A stretch of DNA of 61,854 nucleotides, from NCBI GenBank assembly GCA_964384625.1, contig CAYLNH010000009.1:1-61854 (forward strand). Reading direction: 5' to 3'. This stretch comes from an uncultured Lentisphaerales bacterium (GTDB lineage Bacteria > Verrucomicrobiota > Lentisphaeria > JABSQK01). Positions 25,506-35,080 of this stretch are shown in pieces; position 1 is the stretch's first letter; each line of letters starts with the position of its first letter. Below the pieces are notes generated by a model that saw nothing but the letters and a program-made list of their open reading frames with translations, had not been told where the DNA came from and made no database searches. The translations under genes and the position numbers were made by a program.

Positions 25506-28070
25506 TTATTCGGCGGTGACTACGGCTGACACCTGCTTCCCGGCGCGGACCCGGCGGGCGCGGAAGGAGGTCCTGCCGACACCGTCGATGACGAATTCCT
25601 GCAACGCCAGCCTGCCGCAGATAACCTTGAGCTCCGCCTTCATGCCGGTCTGCAGCGCGGTCAGTGTGCACGTGCCCCAGGCATCGCCGGTCGACCAGAA
25701 GTGGGTGCCCGGTCTGGCGGCGAAGGTCATGGTCGCCGTAACCGCGGAATAGCGGAACCCGGTCAACGCCGGAACGGCGGCCCAACTGGCCATGGCCCGG
25801 GCATAGTGGTGGCCGCATTCGGCTTCGTCGAACGGACTGCGTTTCCTGCCGTCGTAGCGATTGCGGATGTCCTGGATATGCTCGAGGCCCTGTTTCTCCA
25901 TGCCCTCGTAAAGCATGTGCACCGCGGCAGTGTATTCGAAGCCGGTCATGACTTCGTTGAAGTAGGGGAACGGCTGCTTCGGCCGCCCGCCGTGCGGATA
26001 CGTCGCCATCAGCAGCGCGGCTTCGTCACCAAGCACGTAAGAACGCATGTTGTTGAAGTGGTCGTGGAAACTCCGCCGATAATTGTACTTGCGGATACTG
26101 CGCAGTGTCTTGCGGATGTGCGAGCGCTTGAGCAGCTTGCCGAGGCCGCAGACGTCGGCCATATACTGGCCGACAAGCTGATCCACCAGGCAGCCGGGAC
26201 CGAGCTGCAGCACGGGTTTCGTCGCATCCTCGGCGCCCATGCGCATCTGCAGACCGGGGGCCACGGCATCCTTGCCTGGCGCCGGCCGGATCCGATGCTC
26301 GTAGTAGTCGCCGTTAAACAAATTCGCATCCAGCCACTTGCTGCCGTTGTCGAACAGCCCGCGGCAGTCGGCGGCGAAGTCCGCGTCGCCAACGTAACGC
26401 GCCATTTCCTCGGCGGCGCGCAGGGCGCCGAGATACCAGGCGCCCATCTGCGGATTCGGCCCGTAGTATTCGACGTCCATGGTGTTATGCTGACAGCCTT
26501 CCATGACGCCGTCTTTGTCGGCGTCCCAGCCGTTCTCGATCCAGCAGAACTCGACGGCCTTCTTCACCTTCGGCCAGAGCTTGCGCAACCAGTCGTCATC
26601 ACCGCAGAGCTGCCAGTCGCGGTAGATCTTCATGATGCACCCCAGTTGCCCGTCCGCCGCCGCACATGACATCTCGGCGGCGCGTTCCAGCGGCAGGTTG
26701 ACGCGGAAACTCATAAGGCCGTTGTCCCGGGTGGCGTGCAGGAATTCGATGTTGCGCATGGACCGGGACAGGCTGCCGAAGAGGAAGGCCGTCGCCTGTT
26801 CGTAGTTCCACACGTGCGTGCAGCTTCCGTGGCAGCAGCCGCGGCCGTCGCAGCAGCCTTCGAAGCCGAAGAAATGGCCGTCCGGCGTGCGGAAACAGGT
26901 CTGACTGCGCAGGGTGCTTAGATTGAACAGGGCCGCTTCTTTGACCACGTCCGGCAGATCGCTGCGGCAGAAGGCGTTAACGAACTGCAGCGTGCGCTGC
27001 TCCAGTTGCGGCAGGTCGGCGGCGACCCGGGCGGCGACGTCCCAGGCGTCTTTGTACTGGGTCGTGTAGTAGTTGCCGATGGTGTTGTGCTCGACGCACT
27101 TGTCGGCACAACAGCAGTCCTCGGCCGGCTTCGGCGTCCAGGTCTGCCGGTTCGGGAAGTGCCAGGTCAGCAGGAACGTCACGTCTCTGGTGCTCTTGGG
27201 CGGCACTGTGACTTCCACCGCCAGTGATGCCGTCGGGTTGTCGCTCTGTTCCGTGCCGGGCTCCAGCCTGCCGTCTTCGGTGAAATCATCCCAGAAGTCC
27301 AATCTGGCGCCGCCCCAGCGGTCATTGTTCCATCTGGTGCGGTAGGAGATCCTGGTTTTGGCCGTGGTCGTCAGCGCCATGGTGCCCCACTGCTCGGCTT
27401 GGGGATTGACGCCCTTGGAGTCCATGAACAGGCCGGCCAGGTTCTTCCGCCGGCGGAACCGGTTCCGGTTCTTTTTCATGCCGGCGGCAACCGGCTGGCC
27501 GCCCCAGACCGTATTGTGGCTGGAGCCGTCGGCCCCGATGAAATTCGGCAGACTGCCGCAGAGACTGGCGGCAACGCGCCTGGTCGTACGATTGGTCAAA
27601 ACAAACCGCAGGACGGCAACCGGGATGCCGCTGACCTCGGGATCGCCCGGAACGAGCGGGTTGAAGGCCTCGATGTCGACGGCGAGGGGGACGTCGTTGT
27701 CTTTCAGGTGGACCTGGCCGAACGGGTAGGCGGCCGAGAACGAGCAGTCGCGAAACCGCGGCAGCCCGTGCCAGGGCGCCGCACTGCCAGAAGCACCTTC
27801 ATATTCGAATGACTCCAGAGGGCCTTCCAGCAGCCGGGTCACGGCGTCCTCGCCGCTTGCCTTCGCCCGCAGACAGAAAAATGCCGGGCCGCCGACGCCG
27901 GCGGGGTTGAAGCCCTTTGCCGGGCGGTTGACGATCTCCCAGTGGTTCAGGTCGCCGCGGCCGCCCAGAGAAACGGTGCCGGTGCCGATGCCGCCGAGCG
28001 GCAGCGCGATACGCGCCAGATGATCGCTGTCGTAGTGTTTCAATACCGGCCACGTGGTCTTCTTCTTCAT
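25506..28070 (-). CDS. GH116-family non-lysosomal glucosylceramidase (GBA2-type beta-glucosidase)
   Basis: The N-terminal domain has the hallmark LPLGGIGTGTVSLGGRGDLNHWEI. The large (alpha/alpha)6 catalytic domain has RDNGLMSFR ... DGQLGCIMKIYRDWQLCGD. 854 aa. Confidence 0.8.
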   Translation of the reverse strand: MKKKTTWPVLKHYDSDHLARIALPLGGIGTGTVSLGGRGDLNHWEIVNRPAKGFNPAGVGGPAFFCLRAKASGEDAVTRLLEGPLESFEYEGASGSAAPWHGLPRFRDCSFSAAYPFGQVHLKDNDVPLAVDIEAFNPLVPGDPEVSGIPVAVLRFVLTNRTTRRVAASLCGSLPNFIGADGSSHNTVWGGQPVAAGMKKNRNRFRRRKNLAGLFMDSKGVNPQAEQWGTMALTTTAKTRISYRTRWNNDRWGGARLDFWDDFTEDGRLEPGTEQSDNPTASLAVEVTVPPKSTRDVTFLLTWHFPNRQTWTPKPAEDCCCADKCVEHNTIGNYYTTQYKDAWDVAARVAADLPQLEQRTLQFVNAFCRSDLPDVVKEAALFNLSTLRSQTCFRTPDGHFFGFEGCCDGRGCCHGSCTHVWNYEQATAFLFGSLSRSMRNIEFLHATRDNGLMSFRVNLPLERAAEMSCAAADGQLGCIMKIYRDWQLCGDDDWLRKLWPKVKKAVEFCWIENGWDADKDGVMEGCQHNTMDVEYYGPNPQMGAWYLGALRAAEEMARYVGDADFAADCRGLFDNGSKWLDANLFNGDYYEHRIRPAPGKDAVAPGLQMRMGAEDATKPVLQLGPGCLVDQLVGQYMADVCGLGKLLKRSHIRKTLRSIRKYNYRRSFHDHFNNMRSYVLGDEAALLMATYPHGGRPKQPFPYFNEVMTGFEYTAAVHMLYEGMEKQGLEHIQDIRNRYDGRKRSPFDEAECGHHYARAMASWAAVPALTGFRYSAVTATMTFAARPGTHFWSTGDAWGTCTLTALQTGMKAELKVICGRLALQEFVIDGVGRTSFRARRVRAGKQVSAVVTAE

Positions 28071-29137
28071 CGTTCTCTTCCTTTATGATCGCCGGCAGCA
28101 AGGCCGACGCGCTGTTGCTCTTGGGGAAGCGTCGAGTCGCGGATGATCAGTTCGGCGCGAACGCCGGTGCGGGTCGGCGTGCCGATGCCGTTCCGGAGAA
28201 TCTGGCTGAAACGCTGCAGCGCGATGCGCCCGATCTCGCCTTTGGACACGCCGATCGTCGTCAACGCCGGCTCCGTCACGGCGACATCGTCGAAGCCGAC
28301 GATCGAGATGTCCTGGGGAATGCGCCGGCCCGCCTCCTGTATCGCCGCCATGGCGCCGACCGCAGTGCGGTCGCTGACGGCGAAGACGGCGGTTGGCGGC
28401 GGTGATGCGGTCAGCAGCTGCTGCATTTCACGGTAGCCTTTGCGTTTTTCACCGGCGGAGCGATAGCGCGGCCGATATCTGGCCGGGCATTTAACCCCGG
28501 CGTCCCGCAGGGCGCGCCGGGCGCCTTCGGCGCGGTCCAGCAGGGTATGGTATTTCGGTGAACCGGGAAGAATGGCAATGCGCTCATGCCCCAGGTCGAG
28601 CAGGTGCTTCGCCGCCATATAGCCGCCGGCGCGGTTGTCGGGCAAGACCGCGTGCACCGGCAGATCCCAGAAATAGTGGTCGACCAGAACCACCGGCAGA
28701 TCACGGGCAAGCATCTGCTCGGCAGCCGCTCGGCTCGCCGTCGATTCGCCGAGGATGATGCAGCCGCGCACCGACTCCAGCTCCAGCTGCGGCAAGGCTT
28801 CGCCCTTCCGGGCGACGGCCAGCAGGACTCCCAGCTTCGCGGCGCGCGCGGCCGTCTCGATGCCTTCGATGATCTCGCCGTAGAAGACTTCTGAGAACGA
28901 CGACAGCGCCGATTGCTCCAGAACCAGGGCGACCAGACCGCCGGCCGGCTCCTGCGGCCGGCGGATGTCCGGCTCGTAGCCCAGCTCCTGCATCGCGGCC
29001 GCTATGCGCCGGCCCGTATCCCGGGCGACGCCGGCCATGCCCCGCATGTACAGCGATACCGTCGACGGCGCGACCTCGGCCGCCCGCGCCACATCGCGAA
29101 TCGTGACTCGTCCCAAACCAGACTCCTTTTCAAACAA
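28067..29137 (-). CDS. LacI-family transcriptional regulator
   Basis: N-terminal HTH VTIRDVARAAEVAPSTVSLYMRG followed by a periplasmic-binding-protein-like sugar-binding fold. Its stop overlaps the GH116 start by 4 nt, so they are co-transcribed. Confidence 0.8.
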   Translation of the reverse strand: MFEKESGLGRVTIRDVARAAEVAPSTVSLYMRGMAGVARDTGRRIAAAMQELGYEPDIRRPQEPAGGLVALVLEQSALSSFSEVFYGEIIEGIETAARAAKLGVLLAVARKGEALPQLELESVRGCIILGESTASRAAAEQMLARDLPVVLVDHYFWDLPVHAVLPDNRAGGYMAAKHLLDLGHERIAILPGSPKYHTLLDRAEGARRALRDAGVKCPARYRPRYRSAGEKRKGYREMQQLLTASPPPTAVFAVSDRTAVGAMAAIQEAGRRIPQDISIVGFDDVAVTEPALTTIGVSKGEIGRIALQRFSQILRNGIGTPTRTGVRAELIIRDSTLPQEQQRVGLAAGDHKGRER

Positions 29138-29394
29138 ATTCGAACAAAATCTAACTTATCGAACAAACAAGTCAAGCGGGATTCGCGCTTTTGATCTTCG
29201 GGGCGGACGGATTATCTTACGACAGCGCCGGGGCAAAGACATAAGGGTCGGTGCAGAAATGGATTCACATTTTGCCGGGAGTCGGTTTGGCTTTCAGCAA
29301 GGTATGACTGGACGAGGATAGCGAGCTATCTGAGGAAGGCATAACGCTGCTGAGAGGCGAAGGGGCCCCCGGATTCGGTTAGAATTGCCCCGCA

Positions 29395-29414
29395 CAGAAT
29401 GTGAAGCTATTCTG
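29395..29414. promoter_or_regulatory. Inverted repeat CAGAAT-N8-ATTCTG 27 nt upstream of the Aas-like gene; candidate operator in the LacI/Aas divergent region
   Basis: Read directly: cagaatgtgaagctattctg. Assigning it to the adjacent LacI-family regulator is inference only. Confidence 0.3.
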
Positions 29415-29440
29415 AAACCGATCCTGAGGTTGGCATTTCG

Positions 29441-32101
29441 TTGGTACTGCTGAAGAACATATTCGCGTTGTTTGTTCGCGCTGTCCTGTCCCTGCGCTAC
29501 CGCTTTCACTGGAGGGGGCTCGACCGGATCAAGAGCCGCCGGGGCATCCTGTTCCTGCCGAACCACCCGGGCGAACTCGATCCGGTGTTCATCACGGCCC
29601 GACTGTGGCGGCGGTTTCAGCCGCGCGGGGTTGCCGTGGAGGACTTTTTCTATATGCCCGGGGTAAACCTGCTGATGCGGCTGATCAACGGCATCCCGAT
29701 GCCGAATGTCAGTCAAGGAGGCAGCGCCTACCAGCGCAGGCGCGTCGACCAGGCGCTGGATGAGGTGTGTGAATCACTCAAGCGCGGGGAGAACGTGTTG
29801 ATATACCCGGCCGGCCGGATGATGCGCGGCGGCCTTGAGGAGGTGCGCGGAGCGTCGGCCGTACACGACATTCTGCAGCGGGTGCCGGATGCAAACGTTG
29901 TTCTGCTGCGGTCCCGCGGGTTCCTCGGCAGCACCTTTTCCTGGGCTTTGCATCAACGGCGGCCGGACCTCGGCAAAGCGCTGAAGAACGGCATCCTCTG
30001 GACCATCGTCAACCTCTTCCTTTTCAATCCGCGCCGTTCCGTCACGGTGGACGTCGAGGAAGTGACGGACGCAATCCCGCGCGATGCCGACAAGATGACG
30101 TTGAATCGTTGGCTCGAGGACTGGTACAACAAGCCGGGCAAGGAGGAGCTGTCGCTGGTCTCGCTCTGCCGCTGGTGGCGAAAGGTGCCGACGCCGGTGG
30201 AGCCGAAGCAGGCCGGCGCCCGAAGCGATGTCGAAATCGACGACGAGGTCAAACAGAAGGTGACTGCGGAGATCGCGGACATCGCCCGGACAACGCCGGA
30301 CGACGTCACGGAAGGCATGACGCTGACCGGCGACTTGGGGTTTGACTCCTTGAACACCGCCGATCTGATCGGCTGGCTCGAGGAAGAGTTCTTCGTCACC
30401 GACATCGATCCGGCCGATCTGACGACCGTGAAAGACGTGATGGCGGCGGCGGTCGGCGCCGTCAGCACCGACACGGTCGAGGCGCCGACCACGACGCCGA
30501 AAGGTTGGGCGGAGAGCGGCACGCGGCCGGAGCTGGTGCTGCCGGATCCGGACCGCACGATCCAGATGCAGTTCCTTGAAACCTGCGACCGTCATCCCAA
30601 CGCCGTGGCGATTGCGGACGACACGAGCGTTCTGACCTACAAACGCATGAAGCTCGGCGCCTTGATCCTCGCCGAGGTCATCCGGGAACAGATCAAAGAG
30701 GATCGTGTCGGCATCATGCTGCCGGCGACTGCCGGCGCCAACGTCGTCATGATGGCGACGCTGCTGGCGAACAAGGTCCCGGTAATGATCAACTGGACGC
30801 TGGGCGACGCCAACCTGGAACATGTACTCGAGATTTCCGGCATCAGCAGGATCATCACGTCCGGCCGTTTCCTCGATCGCCTTGATCAGCTCAACTTCGA
30901 TATCCTGATGGACTACCTGATCACGATTGAGGAATGGCGACGCGAACAGATCGGCTGGCGGGCCAAGCTGCGCGCGATGCTGCGCGCCGGCAAGTCGCCG
31001 GACGCCGTCTGTCGTTTGTTCGGCTGCGACCGGGTCAAGCCCGACGACATCGGCGTTATCCTGTTCACCAGCGGTTCGGAGTCGCGCCCGAAGGGCGTGC
31101 CGTTGAGCCAGCGGAATATGCTTGCGGATATCCGGGGGGCGGTGCCGTTTGTCGGATTGAAGCCCGATGACTCGCTGCATGCTTTCCTGCCGCCCTTCCA
31201 CAGCTTCGGGTTTATCGTCACCGGCATCTTCCCGATGCTCGCCGGTCTGAAAACCGTGTACTACCCGAATCCGACGGACAGCCGCAAACTGGCGCTCGGC
31301 ATCGCCACCTGGAAAACCACTGCGACCTGCGGCACGCCGACCTTCATTGCCGGTATCCTGCGCGTCGCAACCACGGAACAGCTGCAATCGCTACGCCTCG
31401 TCGTCTGCGGCGCGGAGAAGACGCCCGCGGACCTGTTCAAGGCCGCCGACGACCTCGACATCGAAGTCCTGGAAGGCTACGGCATCACCGAAACCGGCCC
31501 GGTCCTGACGCTGAACGAGACCGGCAAGGACGCGGTCGGCGTCGGCAAACCCATCGGCGGCGTCGAGCTTCGCATTGTCGGCGTTGACGACCGCCGCCCC
31601 CTGGAGACCGGCGAACGCGGCCTCATTCTGGCGCGGGGCCCGAATGTGTTCAGCGGCTATCTGGGCCGCGACTCCAGCGACGCCTTCCAGGAACTGAACG
31701 GCGACCGGTATTACGTCACCGGCGACTTGGGGTTCCTTGACGACCGCGGCTATCTGACCCTGGCCGGCCGGCTCAAACGCTTTGTCAAAGTCGCCGGCGA
31801 AATGGTCAGCCTGCCCGCCATGGAAGCGGCAATCGCGGCCCACTGGCCGAATGAAGAAGGCGTCGTCCGTACGGCCGTCAGCGCTTATGAGGTCGAAGGC
31901 GAACGGCCAACGCTCTGCCTGTTCAGCAGCTTCGAGGTCAGCACCGACGACGTCAACGCCGTACTCAAGGAGGCGGGCTTTGCCAATCTGGTTCGCGTCT
32001 CCAAGGTGATCCGGTTGGATGAGATCCCGATCCTCGGCACCGGCAAGACGGACTACCAGGCGCTCAAGCGGCGGCTGGCCGAAGCCCTCGACCGGGAGTA
32101 A
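29441..32101 (+). CDS. Trifunctional Aas-like enzyme: lysophospholipid acyltransferase (PlsC-type) domain, embedded acyl-carrier-protein domain, and acyl-AMP ligase (adenylation) domain
   Basis: The acyltransferase H(X)4D motif is in FLPNHPGELDPVF. The carrier domain has the phosphopantetheine-attachment serine in TGDLGFDSLNTADLIGWLEEEF. Adenylation motifs are ILFTSGSESRPKGV (A3), EGYGITETG (A5), YVTGDLG (A7) and ILGTGKTD (A10). 886 aa. Confidence 0.8.
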   Translation: MVLLKNIFALFVRAVLSLRYRFHWRGLDRIKSRRGILFLPNHPGELDPVFITARLWRRFQPRGVAVEDFFYMPGVNLLMRLINGIPMPNVSQGGSAYQRRRVDQALDEVCESLKRGENVLIYPAGRMMRGGLEEVRGASAVHDILQRVPDANVVLLRSRGFLGSTFSWALHQRRPDLGKALKNGILWTIVNLFLFNPRRSVTVDVEEVTDAIPRDADKMTLNRWLEDWYNKPGKEELSLVSLCRWWRKVPTPVEPKQAGARSDVEIDDEVKQKVTAEIADIARTTPDDVTEGMTLTGDLGFDSLNTADLIGWLEEEFFVTDIDPADLTTVKDVMAAAVGAVSTDTVEAPTTTPKGWAESGTRPELVLPDPDRTIQMQFLETCDRHPNAVAIADDTSVLTYKRMKLGALILAEVIREQIKEDRVGIMLPATAGANVVMMATLLANKVPVMINWTLGDANLEHVLEISGISRIITSGRFLDRLDQLNFDILMDYLITIEEWRREQIGWRAKLRAMLRAGKSPDAVCRLFGCDRVKPDDIGVILFTSGSESRPKGVPLSQRNMLADIRGAVPFVGLKPDDSLHAFLPPFHSFGFIVTGIFPMLAGLKTVYYPNPTDSRKLALGIATWKTTATCGTPTFIAGILRVATTEQLQSLRLVVCGAEKTPADLFKAADDLDIEVLEGYGITETGPVLTLNETGKDAVGVGKPIGGVELRIVGVDDRRPLETGERGLILARGPNVFSGYLGRDSSDAFQELNGDRYYVTGDLGFLDDRGYLTLAGRLKRFVKVAGEMVSLPAMEAAIAAHWPNEEGVVRTAVSAYEVEGERPTLCLFSSFEVSTDDVNAVLKEAGFANLVRVSKVIRLDEIPILGTGKTDYQALKRRLAEALDRE

Positions 32102-32108
32102 CGAACCG

Positions 32109-32978
32109 GTGAGCCGGACCGATACAGCCGATGTCCTGATTGTCACCGCGCTCCGGGCCGAAGCCCAGCCGCTGATCGAGCACTATGGCTTGAAGCAGGA
32201 CACGGCGATCCCGTACTTGCCGGTGTTCGCCGGGGACCGCATCCGCCTGGCCGTCGGCCGCCCGGGCAAAGCCAAGGGCGCCGTCGCCGCCACCTTCCTC
32301 CTGGCGACCGCGCCATCGTTGGCCAACACGGTCGTGCTGAATGTCGGCGTTGCCGGGTATGCCGGCGACCCGATAACGGACAAGGTCGAGTACGGCGAGG
32401 TCTTCGTTGTCAATCGCATTCGCGATCAGGCCTCCGGCGCGGAGTACTTCCCCGACCTGCTGGTCCGTACAGACTGTCGGGAGACGGCACTGACCACATT
32501 CGACTACGGGGTCGATGCCGGCGCGGCGCCGGACAACCTGCAGGGCCTCGTGGATATGGAAGCGGCCGGCGTGTATCAGGCCGCCGCCACCTTCCTGCCG
32601 CCGCACCGCATTGGCTTCATCAAGGTCGTCTCTGATTTCCTCGAACTGGACAAGCTCAACCTGCCCGGTATCGAAGAACTGATGCGCCGCCGGGTCGATG
32701 CCTGTGGGCGCCTGATCGAAGCCTACGCGGCCATCGACGCGGATCGCCGGGAGGTCCTCAGCGCCGACGACAAGGACCTCCTGGCACAAGTCGTCACAAG
32801 CCTGCGACTGACCGTGACGCAGCAGGAGCAACTGACCGAATGGGCCCGCTGCTGTTGCCTGCGGACCCAGAAACTCCCCGACCTGGCCGCATTCATCGGC
32901 ATCGACGTCAAACAGAAATCCGAAGGAAAGCGACGGTTGGCGCAACTGCGGACGGTTCTGCTCGGCGACGGCGCCTGA
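32109..32978 (+). CDS. Nucleoside phosphorylase/nucleosidase (PNP_UDP_1, MTA/SAH-nucleosidase-like) family protein with a roughly 90-aa C-terminal extension; GTG start 8 nt after the Aas-like stop
   Basis: VLIVTALRAEAQPLIEHY ... RLAVGRPGKAKGAVAATFLLA ... DMEAAGVYQAA matches the MTAN/PNP family fold signature. The upstream part of the ORF-track protein (Arg/Ser-rich and overlapping the previous gene) was rejected. Confidence 0.6.
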   Translation: MSRTDTADVLIVTALRAEAQPLIEHYGLKQDTAIPYLPVFAGDRIRLAVGRPGKAKGAVAATFLLATAPSLANTVVLNVGVAGYAGDPITDKVEYGEVFVVNRIRDQASGAEYFPDLLVRTDCRETALTTFDYGVDAGAAPDNLQGLVDMEAAGVYQAAATFLPPHRIGFIKVVSDFLELDKLNLPGIEELMRRRVDACGRLIEAYAAIDADRREVLSADDKDLLAQVVTSLRLTVTQQEQLTEWARCCCLRTQKLPDLAAFIGIDVKQKSEGKRRLAQLRTVLLGDGA

Positions 32979-33028
32979 CGCGGTCGGCCGCGGGCCCGCC
33001 CGGCGCGCCGACGAGACGAACGGCTGGA

Positions 33029-34045
33029 ATGATGCAGAGGCAAAACCGGTTCTCCCACATCTACCTTGAGGAACAGGCGCGAGACAACGCCCTGACGCAA
33101 CGCGTACTGGCGCGATTCCCCGGCGCGGAGATCATCCCGCTCGTCCGCTACCAACAGGTGTTCGGCCGCCCCCGACAGGCCTTCCAGGTCCAGAAACAAA
33201 GCCGAAAGCTGATTCTCGCCGTCAAACCCGACGACTACCTGTACCCCGGGTCCGAGCGCTGTCAGGACTTCGGTTTCGACAACTTCTTCTACACCACGCC
33301 GATGCTGAATTGCCCGCACGACTGCGACTACTGCTATCTGCAGGGGCTGCTGCCGTCGGCAAACCTGGTGATGTTCGTCAATACCGCCGATTTCCTGCAG
33401 GCGACGGCGGCTCAGATCGCGGCCCGTCGGAATCGGAATCAGCCGCTGTATGTCTGCATCTCTTACGACACGGATCTGCTGGCGGTCGAACCGCTGGCCG
33501 GTTACTGCCGGGAGTGGATCGCCTTTGCCGACGGCCGCGACGATCTGGTGCTCGAAATTCGCACGAAGAGCGCCGCCTATCCGGCGATCGCGGACCTGCC
33601 GGCAGTCGACAACGTGATCCTGGCCTGGACGGTGTCGCCGAATGCCGTCCGACAGCGTTACGAACATCACACCCCGCCGTTGGCTGCCCGCCTGCGGGCT
33701 GCCGCCGCCGCCGTTGACGACGGCTGGCCCGTGCGACTCTGCTTCGACCCGGTGCTCGCCGTTCCCGACTGGCGCGAAGTCTATGCCGCACTGGTTGACA
33801 CGGTCTTTGCGCAGGTGGCGGCCGACCGGCTTCGCGACGTCTCCATCGGTTCTTTCCGGATGGCGAAAGTGCAGTTCGACCGAATCCGCAAGGACCGCCC
33901 GGACTGTGACCTCTACCACGGCAATACCGTTGTCGACGGCGCTGCAGTGGGCTATTCGAACGCTTTGCGGAAGCGGATTGTCAATCGGTTGAAGGAGCTG
34001 GTGGGCCGCTTTCTGCCGGCGAACAGGATTGCCTGCAGCGAGTAA
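33029..34045 (+). CDS. Spore-photoproduct-lyase (SplB)-like radical SAM protein
   Basis: Radical-SAM cysteine triad CPHDCDYCYLQ (CxxxCxxC followed by the Tyr/Leu/Gln typical of the SPL family). About 338 aa of TIM-barrel-like content. The Met at aa 64 of the track ORF is preferred as the start. Confidence 0.65.
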   Translation: MMQRQNRFSHIYLEEQARDNALTQRVLARFPGAEIIPLVRYQQVFGRPRQAFQVQKQSRKLILAVKPDDYLYPGSERCQDFGFDNFFYTTPMLNCPHDCDYCYLQGLLPSANLVMFVNTADFLQATAAQIAARRNRNQPLYVCISYDTDLLAVEPLAGYCREWIAFADGRDDLVLEIRTKSAAYPAIADLPAVDNVILAWTVSPNAVRQRYEHHTPPLAARLRAAAAAVDDGWPVRLCFDPVLAVPDWREVYAALVDTVFAQVAADRLRDVSIGSFRMAKVQFDRIRKDRPDCDLYHGNTVVDGAAVGYSNALRKRIVNRLKELVGRFLPANRIACSE

Positions 34046-34067
34046 CTCCGCCTCCGCCGGCCCCGAT

Positions 34068-34817
34068 TCAGGGCTGACCTCCTGCCTGGCTCCGAAGCGC
34101 CAGCCAGACCGCGGCCAGGCGGCGGCCCAGAAGGAGTTGGCCCGGCGTGGTGTAGTGCAGATTGTCGCCGGTCGGCAGGTCATCCGTATCCACCCACCCG
34201 GCGTACGGATCCTGAACGGTGACATAGACCTGGGCGTCGCGCACGATCGTGCGGTAGGCGTGCTGGTGCCGCAAGCTCGACAGGTTGACCATGCGCGGGC
34301 TGACGCGGCCGAGAACGAACGGCAACTCCGCCGTGCCGGTATCCTGGCGCAAGGCCGCGAGCAAGCCGGCCAGATTGTCTTCGTAAGCGTGGGCCATGAA
34401 GCTGAAGACCGAATCGCGCTCGCCCTGCACCCAGAGGACGCCGGCGACGTCAATCTCATCGTCCTCGAACTCCTCGCAGAGCTGCGTCAGGGCTGCCAGC
34501 AACTGCGGATAGAGCGGGCCGCGGTACTCATCCTTCTCTTCGTCCTTCGAGACGCCGTCGGGATTCCAGTCGTAGAACAGATTGGCGCCGCCGCGCGCGT
34601 GTTTGCAGAGCACGACATCGGTAATGCCGGCGTTGGCGACGGCGTGGGCAAAGCCCACTTCCGGGCCGAATGTCTCGCGCCAGATCAACGCGCGGAACTC
34701 GCCGTCCTCGAACAGCCGAATCCCGGCCGGAGCGGACTGATAAGCGTCCGGCAACTCCGCGCTGACCCCGGCCCCCGCCATGTTCGATTGTCCGGCCAGC
34801 AACACGATCTTCGGCAT
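34068..34817 (-). CDS. SGNH-type carbohydrate esterase (sialate 9-O-acetylesterase-like, SASA/DUF303 family)
   Basis: MPKIVLLAGQSNMAG; the GQSNM motif is characteristic of the family. About 249 aa. Confidence 0.7.
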   Translation of the reverse strand: MPKIVLLAGQSNMAGAGVSAELPDAYQSAPAGIRLFEDGEFRALIWRETFGPEVGFAHAVANAGITDVVLCKHARGGANLFYDWNPDGVSKDEEKDEYRGPLYPQLLAALTQLCEEFEDDEIDVAGVLWVQGERDSVFSFMAHAYEDNLAGLLAALRQDTGTAELPFVLGRVSPRMVNLSSLRHQHAYRTIVRDAQVYVTVQDPYAGWVDTDDLPTGDNLHYTTPGQLLLGRRLAAVWLALRSQAGGQP

Positions 34818-35030
34818 CGAGTGTCTCCTTGGCACAGGCAGCGTCGCAGCTGCTGCACAAGCGTACCCTACCTTGCCAACGCCCTCTCTGCCAGCCGCTA
34901 CTTCGACTCCGGGCGCATATGTCACTTTCGTAGGCGTTTCCTGCCAACAACTGGCTCGATCCTACGACCCCAGGCGGTTTATCCGCCTGGTGAAGAAGTT
35001 CATTAGTGGCTGCAAGCCCTCACCCCTCAC

Positions 35031-35080
35031 CCTGCTTTTCGGGCGCTGGGAAGCCGGCTTCCCAGCGCCCGAAAAGCAGG
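35031..35080. repeat. Perfect 50-bp palindrome: cctgcttttcgggcgctgggaagcc | ggcttcccagcgcccgaaaagcagg
   Basis: Read directly. The two six-frame ORFs crossing it encode the same peptide (LLFGRWEAGFPAPEKQ) on both strands because of the symmetry. Located 3' of the sulfatase gene, inside a roughly 360-bp segment bounded by 12-nt direct repeats cttgccaacgcc at 34872..34883 and 35221..35232. Confidence 0.9.
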
